From Tubulanus polymorphus (taxonomy: Eukaryota > Animalia > Nemertea): a stretch of DNA of 64,000 bases. The DNA lies in the NCBI RefSeq assembly GCF_964204645.1, contig NC_134031.1, positions 6,262,001-6,326,000 on the forward strand, given 5' to 3'. Below the pieces are notes generated by a model, which did no database searches, was not told the origin of the DNA, and was given only the letters and a program-made list of their open reading frames with translations. Position numbers and translations under genes: made by a program. Shown one piece after another: positions 61,979-64,000 of the stretch (the stretch's first letter is position 1; every line of letters starts with the position of its first letter).

Positions 61979-64000
61979 ATGAAAACGAACAAAGTTGCAG
62001 CAGCGCTTTTGGAGGTGCATCAATCAGGAGAGGAGGTTTCAACGTCAGCCGATCTTACAACTCATCAATGGGACAAAGCTATCCACGAAGCAGTCATCAC
62101 CGGAGGTGATGGAAACCGCAAAGGATTGATTAACTTATTCAAAGCGTCCGACCCGAGCTCTAAAAAGGGTATTAAAGAACTTTTTAAGAATTCAGTGTGA
62201 ATACATTGGAATCTCCGTAGGCTCAGTTACTTCTGGACTATTGAATCAGCAAATGCCTTCTGGGTGCTTGTGTATCTAAATATCTTCCAGTTGGAGATAC
62301 AATTTACTATGGTGGCTGATTTTGGCCATACTAAAAAACTTTCTGTATGGCTAGAGGAACGAAAAAAAACATTTTCACATTGGCAGTTATTTGGTTTTCT
62401 CGCGCGAGAATTGAAAACTCTTGGTTTTCTCGCGCGAACATTTTGGTTTTCTCAAGTTTGGTTTTTTTTTCGCGCGAGAATGTGTGTGCAATTGGTTTTC
62501 TCGCGCGAGAATTCAAAAGTCTTGAGTTCTCGTGCGAGAAAGCCAAAAAACGGGCCAATGTGAAAAAGTTCTTATCGTAGCTCTAGCCCTACAGAAAATA
62601 TTTGACTATGGCTCGAATCAGCCACCATATTGTACGGCATTTTACAATCAAAGTTTTTATGTTTATAGAATGCAATAAAATCTCTAGGCCTATCACCGGA
62701 ACAGGCTTATATTTACAATGAGGAAGCAACACACAATTAGTGCGTGTGTTCTGATTTATGCATCTTAATATTCCAGGAAAGCGAATACAAATGTTTAAAC
62801 TTCTGTTCCTGACAATGATACCGATATTTACACTATGCGTGCTGACAATTCTGGACATGGCTGTCATAAATAGAAACAACATCATAAAAGGGTATGTTTT
62901 GTGTGCGTAGACGTTTCAGTGTTCTAATTTCAATCCTTATTCTGATAGAACAGAATATATACGATATGCACATTTTTCTCCAGTCAAGGTAATTTAGGAT
63001 TTTTTGTAAGTGATAATTGTTTGTTAGCCCGTTTTCTTCATTGGTTCCATCCTGAATACCTAATCAGAAATCCAGAAAAAATCTAAAATTTCCTTTTCAT
63101 GTACATGTTAATATCTATATTCATATTCATTTGTTTCTCAGCATGATACGGGACGTGATCAAATTTAGTACCGAAGCTGGTACGCTGGTTCACCAATTGC
63201 AAAAAGAACGGGATATGACGACACTCCATCTGAGCACGCTGGGCTCAGAAACGCGTATGTTTCTGAAAGAAGTTTACCCGCAGGTCGACATGGCCGTCAG
63301 CAAAATGTCTAAATGGCAAGGTAACACGAAGAAGGACGGCGCGCATTTCCGAACTAAGTTCGAGTTCCAGCAGCTGCTCATGGAGCACAGACTACGGCTG
63401 AAACCAGAAAATACGAACGTCTACAAAGAAATTGATTTCTACACGCGAACGATCGCCGTGTTCATCGACTGGATGTACGACGCCATTCAAGAATCACGTG
63501 ACGGGGACGTATGGCGCACCCTGGTGGCGTACCAATTACTGGTAATGGCAAAGGAAGACCTAGGAATCGAAAGAACCTTAGGTGGATTGTACTACAGCAA
63601 AGGGCGTTTTTCAAGTTATAAAGATTATCTCTGGTGGCTGGAAAGACATCATGCTGGTACGTAGGCCAATCTCCTTCCCTAAGAATATTCATTGCCAGGA
63701 ATGCAGTACCCTCCATCTAAAAAGTTTATAAATGCTTTTTGGACTAATTCAGTAACCGATGATTTTGACGTTCCTTTCTCTTGATCAGGTATTGGTAATT
63801 TGGAAACCGCTATTCAGTTCAGCGGTTTCGTCGCTAAAATCATGGAGGAGGAAAAGAATTCACACCGCAAGAATTTCACTTTGTCCATTACGAGCATGCG
63901 AGAAGAAATTAGTCGTAACGATTACATGTCGACAAACGCCTCCCTCGAAATGAGCACTTGGTGGTTTGATAACATGACCATCTACATGGATATGTATTTC
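61979..64000 (+). CDS. NIT-domain membrane protein, probable NIT-type guanylyl cyclase; 3' end beyond the window
   Basis: Exons 61979-62168, 62777-62891, 63142-63656, 63789->64000 with phases 1, 2, 1. TM segment LLFLTMIPIFTLCVLTIL. NIT motifs LVHQLQKER, KEDLGIER, WWFDNMT..MD. The cyclase domain is not in the window. Confidence 0.85.
62340..62597. mobile_element. Foldback MITE with ~80-bp TIRs and TTCTCGCGCGAGAA palindromic repeats, in a NIT gene intron
   Basis: Left tttctgtatggctagagg..ttttcacattggc matches the reverse complement of the right end; repeated ggttttctcgcgcgagaa. Confidence 0.85.

Noticed and set aside
62169-62563. Continuation of the NIT gene first exon, and the ORFs at 62264-62580
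   Set aside because: The frame stops at 62200. Splicing at 62168 to 62777 restores the GKRIQ-TM sequence, and the ORFs overlap a MITE.

Overview
AT-rich, intron-containing animal genomic DNA; the gene set points to a spiralian (lophotrochozoan-type) invertebrate, which is an inference. I assembled eight gene models by hand from splice sites and exon phases. Minus strand: a DOMON-domain MOXD1/DBH-like monooxygenase (runs off the left edge); a DNase I with an extra ~145-aa C-terminal domain; and an orphan protein ending in a CaaX box whose upstream exons look disrupted. Plus strand: PRDM12; two tandem GPI-type alpha-carbonic anhydrases; a secreted PAN + F-type-lectin-like + Cys-rich protein with a GC-AG intron; and a NIT-domain membrane protein, probably a NIT guanylyl cyclase (runs off the right edge). 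Introns and intergenic DNA hold LINE, Penelope, SINE and MITE relics, several degenerate hammerhead-ribozyme-like motifs, and decayed intronless ORFs of unknown origin. Best leads: the DNase I fusion domain, the CaaX orphan gene, the 55-58 kb relic with convergent ORFs, and the hammerhead-bearing hairpin/tandem repeat. No database searches were run.
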